Assembly: GCA_963752285.1 (NCBI GenBank) | Contig: CAVVXN010000003.1 | Span: 160,001 to 224,000, forward strand | Source of the DNA: an uncultured Planctomycetota bacterium | GTDB taxonomy: Bacteria > Planctomycetota > PLA2 > JAEUHO01 | Direction: 5' to 3' | DNA: 64,000 nucleotides | Shown here: positions 10,702 to 19,966 of the stretch, in pieces | How positions within the stretch are numbered: position 1 is the first letter of the stretch | Layout: every line of letters starts with the position of its first letter | Translations under genes and position numbers: made by a program | Notes under the pieces: generated by a model | The model's database searches: none | The model's input: the letters and a program-made list of their open reading frames with translations, nothing else | Told to the model about the DNA's origin: nothing

Positions 10702-10946
10702 TGACGTACCGCGATCGGGTCGAGCGCGACCTCGTCCACCGCTGCGTCTTCCTCAAGACGAAGACCTCCTGGCTCGGCCTCCCGGAGGCGCACGCGCGCG
10801 AGAACGACGTGCCGACCGCCGTCTGGTGGTGCGAGCGCACCTGCGAGCCGCTGGGCCCCGACCGTGCCGCCGTAGGGCCCTCCACCTGCGGCCACCCCGG
10901 CCGCGCCTGTTACGAGCGCCCCCGCCGACCGGCACCCGGCCGCTGA
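10701..10946 (+). CDS. Small Cys-rich hypothetical protein (81 aa)
   Basis: GGAGG RBS at about 10691; TGATG overlap with the FAD subunit stop; pattern CVFLKTK..WWCERTCEPLGPD..C..RACYE. Confidence 0.72.
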   Translation: MTYRDRVERDLVHRCVFLKTKTSWLGLPEAHARENDVPTAVWWCERTCEPLGPDRAAVGPSTCGHPGRACYERPRRPAPGR

Positions 10947-11002
10947 GAGATCGGGGCGCCGCCGCGCCGCCTCGTGGCGCGGGCTCGTCGCCCGGGACGG
11001 GT

Positions 11003-13126
11003 CTACGTGGACGGGGGGGACGCCAGGAGGGCGCGGTACGCGGTCCTGGCCTCGGGCGCGAGGTCGGCGAGGAGCGCTTCGCGGTCGAGCCGATGCGCGA
11101 AGCGGTGGTGGGGGGCGTCGGCGACGACGATCCCCGTGCGTCGTTCGACCCGCGCGAGGTCCCGGAGGACCGACGCGTTCGCCCGTCCGAGCGCCCTCGC
11201 GAGCTCCCCGGCGCAAAACGTCGTCCCGACGACCGACGCGAGGTCGAGGAGGTCGCGCTCCTCCGTACGGAGCAGGAGGAGACGCGCCTCGGCCAGGCGG
11301 CGCACCTCGGCCGGAGGAGCGTCGTCGTCGAAGGGGGCCACGACTTCCAGCCGTCCCTCGTCGTCGCGGGCGAACCGGCCGGCGGCCTCGAGGCCGCGCG
11401 CGATCTCGACGAGCGTCCCCGGGAGGCCGTCCGCCCACGAGAGCAAGCGACGCGCGACGGGGCCCTCGACCCACGCGGACGCGCCGAGGTCGGACAGGAT
11501 CTCCTCCATCACGCGCCTTCCGAGCCGGGGGAGACGGTGCGCTCTCGCCGGGGGCAGGCTCGCGCGGGCCCCCGCGTGCGTGGCGGCGGTCAGGACGAGG
11601 AGGAGCGGGACCCCCGAGGCGACGCTCGCGATCCTCTCGGCGAGCGCCCGGCCGTCGCGGTCCGCCGCCTCCACGTGCTCGAGCACGAGCACGGTCGGAC
11701 GGGCCGTCGCCCGGCGCCGCACCTCGTCCACGAGCGGCGCCGCGTCGCACGCGGGCTCGGCCGCGCCGCCGAGCGCCGAGGCGACCGCGCCCACGCCGGG
11801 GCGCGTGCTGAAATCGCCGTAGAGGACGTCCACGCCCGACGGCACGTCGGCGTCCACCCACGCGGCGAGGAGGTGGGTCACGCCGGCGCCCGACTCTCCG
11901 TCGAAGAGCCACGCGGCGCCGCGGTGCGACGCGAGGTCGCGCGCGGCCTCCGCGAGGACCCGCCGTTCCGGTGCGCGACCGCACAGGCGCGCGGCGGGCC
12001 GCGCGAGCCGCGCCGGCCGGCACGCCGCGTCGCGGCGTTCGGCCTCGACACGCGCGGTCCACCACGACGACGCCGTCCCCTCTTCGAGGAGCCGCGCGAG
12101 CACGGCGGCCGACGAGAAGCGATCGTCGGGCGACGGCGCGAGGAGCGTCCCCACCACCGCCGCCAGGAACGGGGAGACGCCCGTCTCCGAGGCGAGCTCC
12201 GGGGCGGGACGCTCGGCGGCCCCGGCCGCGAGACGCGTCGTGAGCGGTCGTTCCCCCCAGGGGTGCGCGCCCGACAGGAGCTCGAAGAGGAGCACCCCGA
12301 GTGCGAAGAGGTCGGCCGCCGGCCCGACCCGCTCGCCGCGGAGCTGTTCCGGCGCGGCGTACGCGACGGAGCCGGCGAACTGACCCTCGGCCGTCAAGGA
12401 CGCCGACGCGTCGAGCAGCCGCGCGAGGCCGAGGTCCATGATCCGCGCGCGGCCCTCGGGCGTGATCACGACGTTTTCGGGCTTGAGGTCGCGGTGGACG
12501 ATCGCCTCGGCGTGGATCGCCACGAGCCCCCGAACGAGCTGCGCGGCGACGTCGAGCACGCGCGTCTCGGGCAGGGGGCCCTCGCGCAGGAGCACCTGGC
12601 GGATCGTCTCGCCCTCGACCAGCTCCGTCGCGACGTAGGAGACCCGCGTCCCGTTCGCGGTCGTCGTGGCCGCGCCGAGCGTCGCCACCACGTTCTCGTG
12701 CCGGACCCGTCGTCCCGCGGCGGCCTCGCGCACGAGCCGCGCCTCGAGCTCGCGCGCGGCGAGGCCCGTGTCCACGACCTTCACCGCGACGGGGCTCCCG
12801 CGCGGGAGCCCCACCCCGTCCTCCTCGACGACCGCGCGGTACACCGTACCCATCCCCCCCCGTGCGAGGACCGCCTCCAGCCGATACGGGCCGAGGCGCG
12901 CGCCGGGGGCGAGCCGCGCGCCCGCCGCGCCGGGGACGACCGAGCCCAACGACGCGTACGCGGCCGCGAGGAGCCGGAGCGCCGCGAGGCGCGGCGCGAG
13001 GCGGTCGTACAGGTCGGCGTGTCGCTCGAGCACGGCCGCGAGGTCCACGGGCTCCCCCCGCTCGAGGCGCGACTGCACCTCGGCCACCACGTCGTCCGCC
13101 CGGTCGTCATCCGTCGGTCGGCTCAC
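11003..13126 (-). CDS. Hanks-type Ser/Thr protein kinase with degenerate AAA-like C-terminal domain
   Basis: GGMGTVY, VAVK, HRDLKPEN, DLG, APE and DLFALG motifs. The C-terminal GESGAGVT and LVLEHVE are Walker A/B remnants. GTG start at 13126 is inferred. Confidence 0.88.
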   Translation of the reverse strand: MSRPTDDDRADDVVAEVQSRLERGEPVDLAAVLERHADLYDRLAPRLAALRLLAAAYASLGSVVPGAAGARLAPGARLGPYRLEAVLARGGMGTVYRAVVEEDGVGLPRGSPVAVKVVDTGLAARELEARLVREAAAGRRVRHENVVATLGAATTTANGTRVSYVATELVEGETIRQVLLREGPLPETRVLDVAAQLVRGLVAIHAEAIVHRDLKPENVVITPEGRARIMDLGLARLLDASASLTAEGQFAGSVAYAAPEQLRGERVGPAADLFALGVLLFELLSGAHPWGERPLTTRLAAGAAERPAPELASETGVSPFLAAVVGTLLAPSPDDRFSSAAVLARLLEEGTASSWWTARVEAERRDAACRPARLARPAARLCGRAPERRVLAEAARDLASHRGAAWLFDGESGAGVTHLLAAWVDADVPSGVDVLYGDFSTRPGVGAVASALGGAAEPACDAAPLVDEVRRRATARPTVLVLEHVEAADRDGRALAERIASVASGVPLLLVLTAATHAGARASLPPARAHRLPRLGRRVMEEILSDLGASAWVEGPVARRLLSWADGLPGTLVEIARGLEAAGRFARDDEGRLEVVAPFDDDAPPAEVRRLAEARLLLLRTEERDLLDLASVVGTTFCAGELARALGRANASVLRDLARVERRTGIVVADAPHHRFAHRLDREALLADLAPEARTAYRALLASPPST

Positions 13127-13808
13127 GGTCCGTGGACTCTCCCAGGCCGCCCATCTCGCGGGCAAGCGCCGCGATCGCCCGGGCGTAGAGCTTGCGCGCC
13201 GCCTCCGCGCTGCGGTCGAGGACGCGGGCGACCTCGGCCATCGGAAGCCCGTTCTCGTGGACCATCCGGATCACCTGCGCGTAGTCGGGCCGCAGCCGGT
13301 CGAGCGCCGCCCAGACCGCCGCGCGTTGCTCCGCCGACATCGCGAGGCGGCTCGGCGTCGGGCCCGTCGCGGCCGGGGGGGCCGGGAACGGCTGCTCGCG
13401 CCGGGTGTCGCGCTTCTGGGCCGCGAAGCGGCGCACCGCGTCCTTCATCTGGTTCTCGAGGATGCGCCGGAGCCAGCGGCGGAAGTCCTCCTCCGCGTCG
13501 CCGGGGAACTCGGGCAGCGACCGGAACGCCTCGAGGACCGCCTCCTGCAGGATGTCCGACGCGGCGATCTTCTGGCGGAGGCGCGGGGAGAGCCCCGCGA
13601 CCACGCGGCGCCGGAGCGGCTTCGCGTGGCGCTCGTAGAGCCTCCGGGCCGCCTCCTCGTCGCCCGCGCGGGCCCGCCGGACGAGGTCCGGGTCGTCGTC
13701 CGGAGCGCCCGGCCCGGGTCGTCCCGCGCCGACGCCGTCCGAACCCTCCGGCTCGCCGTCGCGGCCGGGCCCGGGTCGCAAAGACTCGCGGCCGTCCCCC
13801 TGGGTCAC
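13107..13808 (-). CDS. ECF RNA polymerase sigma-70 factor, planctomycete-type
   Basis: Region 2 LRQKIAASDILQEA..FRRWLRRILEN, a PTPSR linker and region 4 EVARVLDRSAEAARKLYARA; overlaps the downstream kinase. Exact start uncertain. Confidence 0.88.
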   Translation of the reverse strand: MTQGDGRESLRPGPGRDGEPEGSDGVGAGRPGPGAPDDDPDLVRRARAGDEEAARRLYERHAKPLRRRVVAGLSPRLRQKIAASDILQEAVLEAFRSLPEFPGDAEEDFRRWLRRILENQMKDAVRRFAAQKRDTRREQPFPAPPAATGPTPSRLAMSAEQRAAVWAALDRLRPDYAQVIRMVHENGLPMAEVARVLDRSAEAARKLYARAIAALAREMGGLGESTDREPTDG

Positions 13809-14009
13809 CCCTTGCTTCTACCGCGAACCGCGTCTTGGGCAAGAAGTCCCGGGCGCCGGGGTGTCCGGATCGACGCGGGACTGCGCTGAAGAGGGAGAAG
13901 GCGTCCCGGTCTCCCGGGCGCCTCAGGGGCCGCGAGGCCCCTCTGGGGGCGGAGGGCGGGTGCCCCTCGCGTGGAGCCCGAGAAGGAGAGCGGGCAGCCG
14001 CCTTCGCGG

Positions 14010-14037
14010 GGCGCGGCCGGCTTCGGCCGGCCGCGCC
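14010..14037. terminator. Perfect 12-bp GC hairpin (GGCGCGGCCGGC-TTCG-GCCGGCCGCGCC), possible terminator
   Basis: Perfect inverted repeat 45 nt downstream of the PLP-lyase stop; no U-tract. Confidence 0.45.
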
Positions 14038-14082
14038 ACCGCACCGTCGCGGCGGTCGCGCGGTCCGGGCGCACAGAGGGCC

Positions 14083-15378
14083 TCAGGGCCTCAGGGCCGA
14101 CTCGAGGTCGCGGATCAGGTCGGCCGGGTCCTCGAGGCCGATCGAGAGGCGGATGCCGCCGGGGTCGATCCCGGCGCGGACCTGCGCCTCCACGGGGATC
14201 GGCGCGTGGGTCATCGAGGACGGGTGCTCGACGAGCGTCCGGACCTGGCCGAGGCTCACGGCGAGCGTGATCGCGAGCGAGTCCTTCGCGAGCCGGTCGA
14301 TCAGGCGGGCGCCCCGGGCCCTCGCCTCCGCGGGCTCGCCCCGGAGCACGAAGTAGATCAGGATCCCCGGAGCGAACCGGCCGGACGGGTCCGTCATCTG
14401 GCGCGTGGCGATCTCGTGGTGCGGGTGCGAGGGGAGACCCGGGTAGCGGACGCGGAGGACGTCGGGGTGCCCCTCGAGGAAGCGCGCGATCTCGAGCGCG
14501 CTCTCCTGCTGGCGCCGCGTCCGTACGGGGAGGGTCGGCAGGCCGTGGACGAGCACCGGCCACGCGGCCTTGGGCGAGAGCGCGGCGCCGAAGTCCTTCC
14601 GGTAGAGGAGGAGGTCCGGGTAGAGCAGGCGGCCGCAGACGACGGCGCCGCCCATGTCGGTCCCGAAGCCGTTCAGGTTCTTCGTGAGGCTCTCGACCAC
14701 GACGTTCGCGCCGAGGGAGAGCGGCCGCTGGCCGAAGGGCGTGGCGAAGGTGTTGTCCACGACGGTGAAGATGCGGCGTCGGGCCACGTCGCGCTTCTCG
14801 TTGGCGCGACGCACCACCTCGGCGACGCCGTGCACGTCGATCACCTCGAGCGTCGGGTTCGTGGGCGTCTCGAAGTAGACCACCATCGTGTCGGGCGGCT
14901 CGATCGCGCGCGCGAGCGCGTCGAGGTCGGTCATGTCCACGAAGTCGACCGCGATCCCGAGGCGCGGGAACCAGTTCGTCAGGAGCGAGTACGTGCAGCC
15001 GTAGAGGGCCCGGTGCGCGACGACGCGGTCGCCGCTGCGCGAGAGAACGCCGAGCGCCGCGCTGATCGCCGCCATCCCGGTCGAGAAGCAGACGCACCGC
15101 TTCCCGCCCTCGGCCTCCGCGAGGTTCTCCTCGAGCATGCCGCGGACCGGCTCGTCGAGACGGTCGTAGACGTAGATGGGCGCGTGCTGGTCACGGTTGA
15201 ACTCGGGGTTCGCGAACTCGACGAACCCCTCGGCGCCGCGCTCCGCCGACTCGAGGCGGTAGGCCGCGCTGCTGCTGATCGGCGGGACGATGTGGTCCTC
15301 GTACCGCCAGTGTTCGCTGTGCATGCGCCCGTGGATCAGGCGGGTGAACGGGTGGTACTCGCGCTCGGGGTCGGCCAT
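14083..15378 (-). CDS. Cys/Met metabolism PLP-dependent enzyme (methionine gamma-lyase-like)
   Basis: YVYDRL, FSTGMAAI, LYGCTY, YFETPTNP, VDNTFATP, ESLTK (PLP Lys), AVSLG and RLSIGLE motifs. The YGC motif is typical of Met gamma-lyase. Confidence 0.88.
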   Translation of the reverse strand: MADPEREYHPFTRLIHGRMHSEHWRYEDHIVPPISSSAAYRLESAERGAEGFVEFANPEFNRDQHAPIYVYDRLDEPVRGMLEENLAEAEGGKRCVCFSTGMAAISAALGVLSRSGDRVVAHRALYGCTYSLLTNWFPRLGIAVDFVDMTDLDALARAIEPPDTMVVYFETPTNPTLEVIDVHGVAEVVRRANEKRDVARRRIFTVVDNTFATPFGQRPLSLGANVVVESLTKNLNGFGTDMGGAVVCGRLLYPDLLLYRKDFGAALSPKAAWPVLVHGLPTLPVRTRRQQESALEIARFLEGHPDVLRVRYPGLPSHPHHEIATRQMTDPSGRFAPGILIYFVLRGEPAEARARGARLIDRLAKDSLAITLAVSLGQVRTLVEHPSSMTHAPIPVEAQVRAGIDPGGIRLSIGLEDPADLIRDLESALRP

Positions 15379-15724
15379 GCGCTCACCGTACCCCTCGGTC
15401 CCGTCCGGGGTGAGGCCCGCGCGACCGGCTCGGGAGGGGGCGTCTCGCGCCGGCGCCCCCATCGGCGGGCGGCCGCCCACCGGCGGTCGCTTCGCCGCCG
15501 CGAAGTGCCGGGCCACGCGGTTCGCGTCTTCCTGCGGCGTGCCGCGCGCCCCCCGGGCGCCGGGGCACCGCCCATCGGAAATCCCTCCCCGCCGGGTCGG
15601 GCCGCGCGTATCAGTGAGACGCTGCCGGATCGTCGACGAGGCCCGCCCGGCGTTTGGACCCACACGTGGCTCGTGACGTCGCGGCGGTTCGGACGGAGGA
15701 GGGTGCGCCCGGAGGGGACCGGGC

Positions 15725-17671
15725 GTGACCACGGGCACGCTCCTCGGAGCCGCCGCAGTCGCGTTCCTCCTCGCTGCGAGCGTGGGACGGAAGTCGAGCC
15801 GTCTCTGGCTCGCCCTCGTGCTCGCGGGGAGTGGGGCGTGGCTCGTGGCCTCCGTCGAGGTCCTCGCCACGGGCCGCGCGTGGACGTGGCGCAGCTCGTT
15901 CCCGATCGCCGGCGACCTGGTGCGCCTCCGCCTGGACGGTCTGAGCGCCTTCTTCCTGGTCCTCGTCGCCGTCGTGGGGGGCGCCGCGGCCGCGTACGCC
16001 CGTGCCTACTGGTCGGACCGCGCGCATCCGGTCTCGGGGCCGGCAGGCCGCTCGTGGTGGAGCCTGCTCTTCCTCTCGATGGCGGGCGTCCTCCTCGCGG
16101 CGAACGGTCTGCACCTCCTCGTCGCCTGGGAAGCGTTCGCCGTATCCGCGTTCTTCCTGATCGTCCTCGAGCCCCAGCGCCCGGACGTGCGCGACGCCGG
16201 GTGGCTCTACCTCGCCTGCTCCCACGCGGGCACGCTCCTGCTCTTCGCGTTCTTCGCGCTCCTGGCCGCCCGCACGGGGACCTGGGAGCTCGGACCCGTG
16301 AAGGACCGGGCGGACCTCGCGCCGCTCTACTGGCTGGCTCTCCTCGGGTTCGGGGTGAAGGCGGGGTGGTTTCCGCTGCACGTGTGGCTGCCTTCGGCGC
16401 ACGGCAGCGCGCCGAGCCACGTCTCGGCCGTCATGTCGGGCGTGGCGATCAAGATGGGCGTGTACGGCATCGTCCGGTTCGGCGGGTGGCTGCCCGTCCC
16501 GGTCGCGGCGGCGTGGACCGTCGTCGGGATCGGCGCCACGAGCGCGGTGCTGGGCGTCCTGTTCGCGCTCGCGCAGCACGACGTGAAGCGGCTCCTCGCG
16601 TACCACAGCGTCGAGAACGTGGGGATCATCCTGCTCGGGGTCGGCTTCGCGCTCGTCGCGGTCTGTGCCGGCCACCCCGCGTGGGGCGCGCTGGCCCTCG
16701 GGGGGGGGCTGCTCCACGTGTGGAACCACGGGCTCTTCAAGTCGCTCCTGTTCCTGGGCGCCGGCGCGGTCGTCCGCGCGACCGGGACGCGGGAGATGAG
16801 CCGACTCGGCGGGCTCTGGCGGAGGATGCCGTACACGGCGGTGTTCTTCACGCTCGGGGCCGTGGCGATCTCGGGGCTCCCGCCGCTCAACGGCTTCGTG
16901 AGCGAGTGGCTGCTCTACCGGGGGCTGCTCGACGCCGCGGTCCATCCGACCGTCGCGACGACGGGGGCGATCGTCGCGATCGTCGCGTTGGCCGCGACGG
17001 GCGCCCTCGCGCTCGCCTGCTTCGTGAAGGCGTGCGGCGTCGTGTTCCTCGGTGCGGCACGATCGGAGGCCGCGGCGCGGGCGAACGAGTGCGAGCTCTC
17101 GCTCCGGGTCCCGATGGGCGTGCTCGCGGCGTGCTGCGTCGGCATCGGCCTCGCCCCGGTCCTCGTGTGGCCGGCCGTCTCGGCGGCGGTCGGCGCCTGG
17201 GACGCGTCCCTCGCGAGGACCTCCGCCCCCGCGTCCCTCGCGACGCTCTCGGCGATCCACGTGGGGCTCGTCGTGCTGGGCGTCACCGCGGCGCTCGTGC
17301 TCTTCGGCCGGTCGAGGAGGAACGGCTGGGCGTCGGGCCCCACCTGGGACTGCGGATACGCCGCGCCGACCCCCCGCATGCAGTACACGGCGGGGTCGTT
17401 CGCGGGGATCCTCACCGGGTGGTTCGCCGGCCTTCTCCGTCCGGTGCGCCACGTCGAGCCGCCGGTCGGCCCCTTTCCCGCCCGTTCCCGGCACGAGGAA
17501 CATCCGACGGAGCCGGTGCTCGACCGGGTCGTGGCGCCGCTCGCTCGGCTGGTCCTGCGGCTCTCCGGACGCGTCCGCCGCCTGCAGCACGGCCGCGTGC
17601 AGTCCTACCTCTTGTACCTGCTCCTGGGCCTGGTCGCGGTCTCGCTCCTCGCACTCGGAGGCGGACGCTGA
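15725..17671 (+). CDS. hyfB: HyfB-like proton-translocating membrane subunit (NuoL/M/MrpA family)
   Basis: Polytopic membrane protein with KAGWFPLHVWLPSAH, KRLLAYHSVEN, NHGLFKS, LPPLNGFVSEW and TWDCGY..MQYT; GGAGG RBS. Confidence 0.88.
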   Translation: MTTGTLLGAAAVAFLLAASVGRKSSRLWLALVLAGSGAWLVASVEVLATGRAWTWRSSFPIAGDLVRLRLDGLSAFFLVLVAVVGGAAAAYARAYWSDRAHPVSGPAGRSWWSLLFLSMAGVLLAANGLHLLVAWEAFAVSAFFLIVLEPQRPDVRDAGWLYLACSHAGTLLLFAFFALLAARTGTWELGPVKDRADLAPLYWLALLGFGVKAGWFPLHVWLPSAHGSAPSHVSAVMSGVAIKMGVYGIVRFGGWLPVPVAAAWTVVGIGATSAVLGVLFALAQHDVKRLLAYHSVENVGIILLGVGFALVAVCAGHPAWGALALGGGLLHVWNHGLFKSLLFLGAGAVVRATGTREMSRLGGLWRRMPYTAVFFTLGAVAISGLPPLNGFVSEWLLYRGLLDAAVHPTVATTGAIVAIVALAATGALALACFVKACGVVFLGAARSEAAARANECELSLRVPMGVLAACCVGIGLAPVLVWPAVSAAVGAWDASLARTSAPASLATLSAIHVGLVVLGVTAALVLFGRSRRNGWASGPTWDCGYAAPTPRMQYTAGSFAGILTGWFAGLLRPVRHVEPPVGPFPARSRHEEHPTEPVLDRVVAPLARLVLRLSGRVRRLQHGRVQSYLLYLLLGLVAVSLLALGGGR

Positions 17672-17709
17672 ACGGACGACGGCTGCGCCTCGTCGAGCGC
17701 CGGTGAACC

Positions 17710-18381
17710 ATGTACTTGAGCATCGTCCAGGTTGCGGAGTCGTTCGGCGTCGCGGAGCGCGTCGTCGAGGAGTGGGTCCGGCGAGAGGGCCTCCCGGCGA
17801 CCCCGGACCGCGGCGGGCTCCTGTTCGACCGGGCGCGGGTCGCGGCGTGGGCGGCGACCCACGGCCGGACGGCGCGCACCGGCTTCCTCGCGCCGACGAA
17901 GGGCGCGCTCGCGACCGACCTCGATCTCGCGCGGCTGCTCGAGGCCGGCGGGATCCGACGCGCCATCGACCCGGCGGGCGTCCCGGATGCGATCCGGCGG
18001 GTGCTTCGATCCCGTCCGGGGCTCTCGGGACCTCATGAGGAGCTCCTCGCCTCGTGGCTCGACGAGCCCGCAGGCGTGCACTGGGCCCCGGTGGGCCACG
18101 GACTCGGCCTCTCGCACTTCGCCTCCCGGGTGACGCTCGGAGCGGACGCCGCGTTCCTCGCCCTCCTCTTCCTCGACGGGCCGTTCGCGCCCGCCGAGCC
18201 CACCCCCGACGGCGTGCCGGTGACCCGACTCTTCTTCTTCGTCCCGCCGTCGCACCGCGCGCACCTCGATCTCCTGGGTCGGCTCTCGAGGCGGCTCCTC
18301 CAGGGACCTCTCCTCCCGCTCGTCCAGCGGGGCGCGCCCGACGCCGAGATCGTCGCCGCCTTGGAGGAGGGCCGAACGTGA
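17710..18381 (+). CDS. HTH (excisionase-like) plus PTS EIIA type-2 domain protein
   Basis: N-terminus QVAESFGVAERVVEEWVRREGLPA; EIIA-like VGHGLGLSH, TPDGVPVTRLFFFV and HLDLLGRLSR. Confidence 0.8.
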   Translation: MYLSIVQVAESFGVAERVVEEWVRREGLPATPDRGGLLFDRARVAAWAATHGRTARTGFLAPTKGALATDLDLARLLEAGGIRRAIDPAGVPDAIRRVLRSRPGLSGPHEELLASWLDEPAGVHWAPVGHGLGLSHFASRVTLGADAAFLALLFLDGPFAPAEPTPDGVPVTRLFFFVPPSHRAHLDLLGRLSRRLLQGPLLPLVQRGAPDAEIVAALEEGRT

Positions 18382-19286
18382 GCCTCCTCCTCGGAGTCCT
18401 CGTCCGGCTCTTGGCGTTCCTCCTCGTCGCCCCGCTCCTGCCGGGCATCGTGCAGCGCGTCCGCGCGCGCGTGGCGGGCCGGCGGGGTCCGCCGCTGCTC
18501 CAGCCCCTCCACGATCTCGGTCGCCTCGCGAGGAAGGGCGTCGTCGTCAGCACGACCGCCTCGCCCGGACTCGTGGCGGGTCCCGCCGTGGCGTGGGTCG
18601 CGGTGCTCGGCGCGGCGCTCCTCGTGCCGATGGGCCCGCTCGGGGCGTGCCTCTCGTTCCCCGGCGACGTGATCGTCTTCGTGTACCTGCTGGCCCTCGC
18701 CCGGTTCGCGACGGCCTGGGCGGCGCTCGAGAGCGGCTCCGCGTTCGGCGGGATGGGCGCGGCGCGCGAGGTGAGCTACGCGGTGATCACGGAGGCCACG
18801 GTCGTCACGGCGCTCCTGGCCTCCGCCGTGGCGAGCGGCTCCACGTCGCTCACGGGCCTCTACGCGCGCTCGGTCGGTCCCGGCGCCGCGTTGCTCGCGG
18901 GCGCGTGGTTCACCGTGCTCCTCGCCGAGACCTGCCGCGTGCCGTTCGACGACCCGACGACGCATCTCGAGCTCACGATGGTGCACGAGGCGATGGTGCT
19001 GGACCACAGCGGGCCCCCGCTGGCGGTCGCGCTCCACGCGGCGTCGATGAAGCTCCTGCTCTTCTCGATCCTGCTCGTCCAGGCGATCGCGCCCACCGCC
19101 TCGCTCGGCCCCGCGGCACAGGTCGCGGTCCTCGCGGCCGGGGTCCTCCTGGTCACGGGCGCCGTGGGGCTCGTGGAATCCTTCCTCGCGCGGTACGCCT
19201 TCCGCCGGGTCCCGCTCCTCCTCGCGACCGCCTTCGTCCTCGCGCTCTTCGCCCTCCTGATCGCGTCCTCCGGAGGCGCGCCGTGA
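18378..19286 (+). CDS. hyfC: HyfC/HycD (NuoH-like) membrane subunit
   Basis: GRRGPPLLQP, GSAFGGMGAARE and RVPFDDPTTHLELTMVHEAM motifs; GTGA overlap. Confidence 0.88.
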   Translation: MSLLLGVLVRLLAFLLVAPLLPGIVQRVRARVAGRRGPPLLQPLHDLGRLARKGVVVSTTASPGLVAGPAVAWVAVLGAALLVPMGPLGACLSFPGDVIVFVYLLALARFATAWAALESGSAFGGMGAAREVSYAVITEATVVTALLASAVASGSTSLTGLYARSVGPGAALLAGAWFTVLLAETCRVPFDDPTTHLELTMVHEAMVLDHSGPPLAVALHAASMKLLLFSILLVQAIAPTASLGPAAQVAVLAAGVLLVTGAVGLVESFLARYAFRRVPLLLATAFVLALFALLIASSGGAP

Positions 19287-19924
19287 ACGAGACCCTGAAC
19301 CTCCTCGTCGCGGCCGCCATGGGCATGAACCTCGTGGCTCTCGGGACGAGCCGACTCCCGTCCCTGATCCGCGTCGCCGCGCTCCAGGGCGCGGTCCTCG
19401 GCGTGATGCCGTGGATCCTCGAGCCGGAGCCTCAACTCCTCGCCCTCCTCGTGGGGGCCGCGACGATCGCCACGAAGGGGCTCGTGATCCCCGCGCTGCT
19501 CCGGCGCGCGATGCGCGCCGCGCACATCGACCGGGATCTCGCACCTCTCCTCTCGTACGTCCCGTCCCTCCTGCTCGGCGCGGCGGGGACGATGGGGGCG
19601 GTCGTGCTCGCGCGGCGGCTGCCCCTCCTGCCCGAGCACCACGCCTCTCTTCTCGTCGCGGGCGCGCTCGCGTCGGTGCTGGCCGGGCTGCTGCTCCTCA
19701 TCGGACGTTCGAAGGCCATCTCGCAGGTCTGCGGGTACCTGATCCTCGAGAACGGCATCTACCTGTTCGGGCTCCTCCTGATCCGCGCCACGCCACTGCT
19801 CGTCGAGGGCGGGATCCTGCTCGACCTGACCGTGGGCGTGTTCGTGACCGGCATCATCCTGGACCGGATCCAGCGCGCCTTCGACACGCTCGACACCCGG
19901 AGGCTCGATGCGCTCCGCGACTGA
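19283..19924 (+). CDS. hyfE: HyfE-like membrane subunit
   Basis: Hydrophobic 213-aa protein with KGLVIP, GYLILENGI and EGGILLD; GTGA overlap. Confidence 0.85.
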   Translation: MNETLNLLVAAAMGMNLVALGTSRLPSLIRVAALQGAVLGVMPWILEPEPQLLALLVGAATIATKGLVIPALLRRAMRAAHIDRDLAPLLSYVPSLLLGAAGTMGAVVLARRLPLLPEHHASLLVAGALASVLAGLLLLIGRSKAISQVCGYLILENGIYLFGLLLIRATPLLVEGGILLDLTVGVFVTGIILDRIQRAFDTLDTRRLDALRD

Positions 19925-19966
19925 CCGAGGGGCCCCGGCCCCGCGGGACGCGCGGGGAGGCGCACG

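Noticed and set aside
10502..14356. Very long alternative ORFs (e.g. 10502-14356, 496-4311, 689-4678, 13861-17706, 26864-30883, 58803-62498)
   Set aside because: They are Arg/Pro/Gly-rich or antisense shadow frames expected at very high GC, overlap well-supported genes and have no motifs.
15380..15620. SAM riboswitch upstream of the Met gamma-lyase-like gene
   Set aside because: Only a GGAGGGA fragment is present on the minus strand; the GCAACC core and the AUC/GAU P1 helix are absent.
15631..15680. Fluoride (crcB) riboswitch-like sequence GACGAGGCCCGCCC upstream of the hyf-like operon
   Set aside because: The P1 5' strand and the pseudoknot partner (would need GGCCTC, found GACGTC) do not pair, and the conserved GAUG/UGAUG are altered. 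An Rfam RF01734 scan would settle it.
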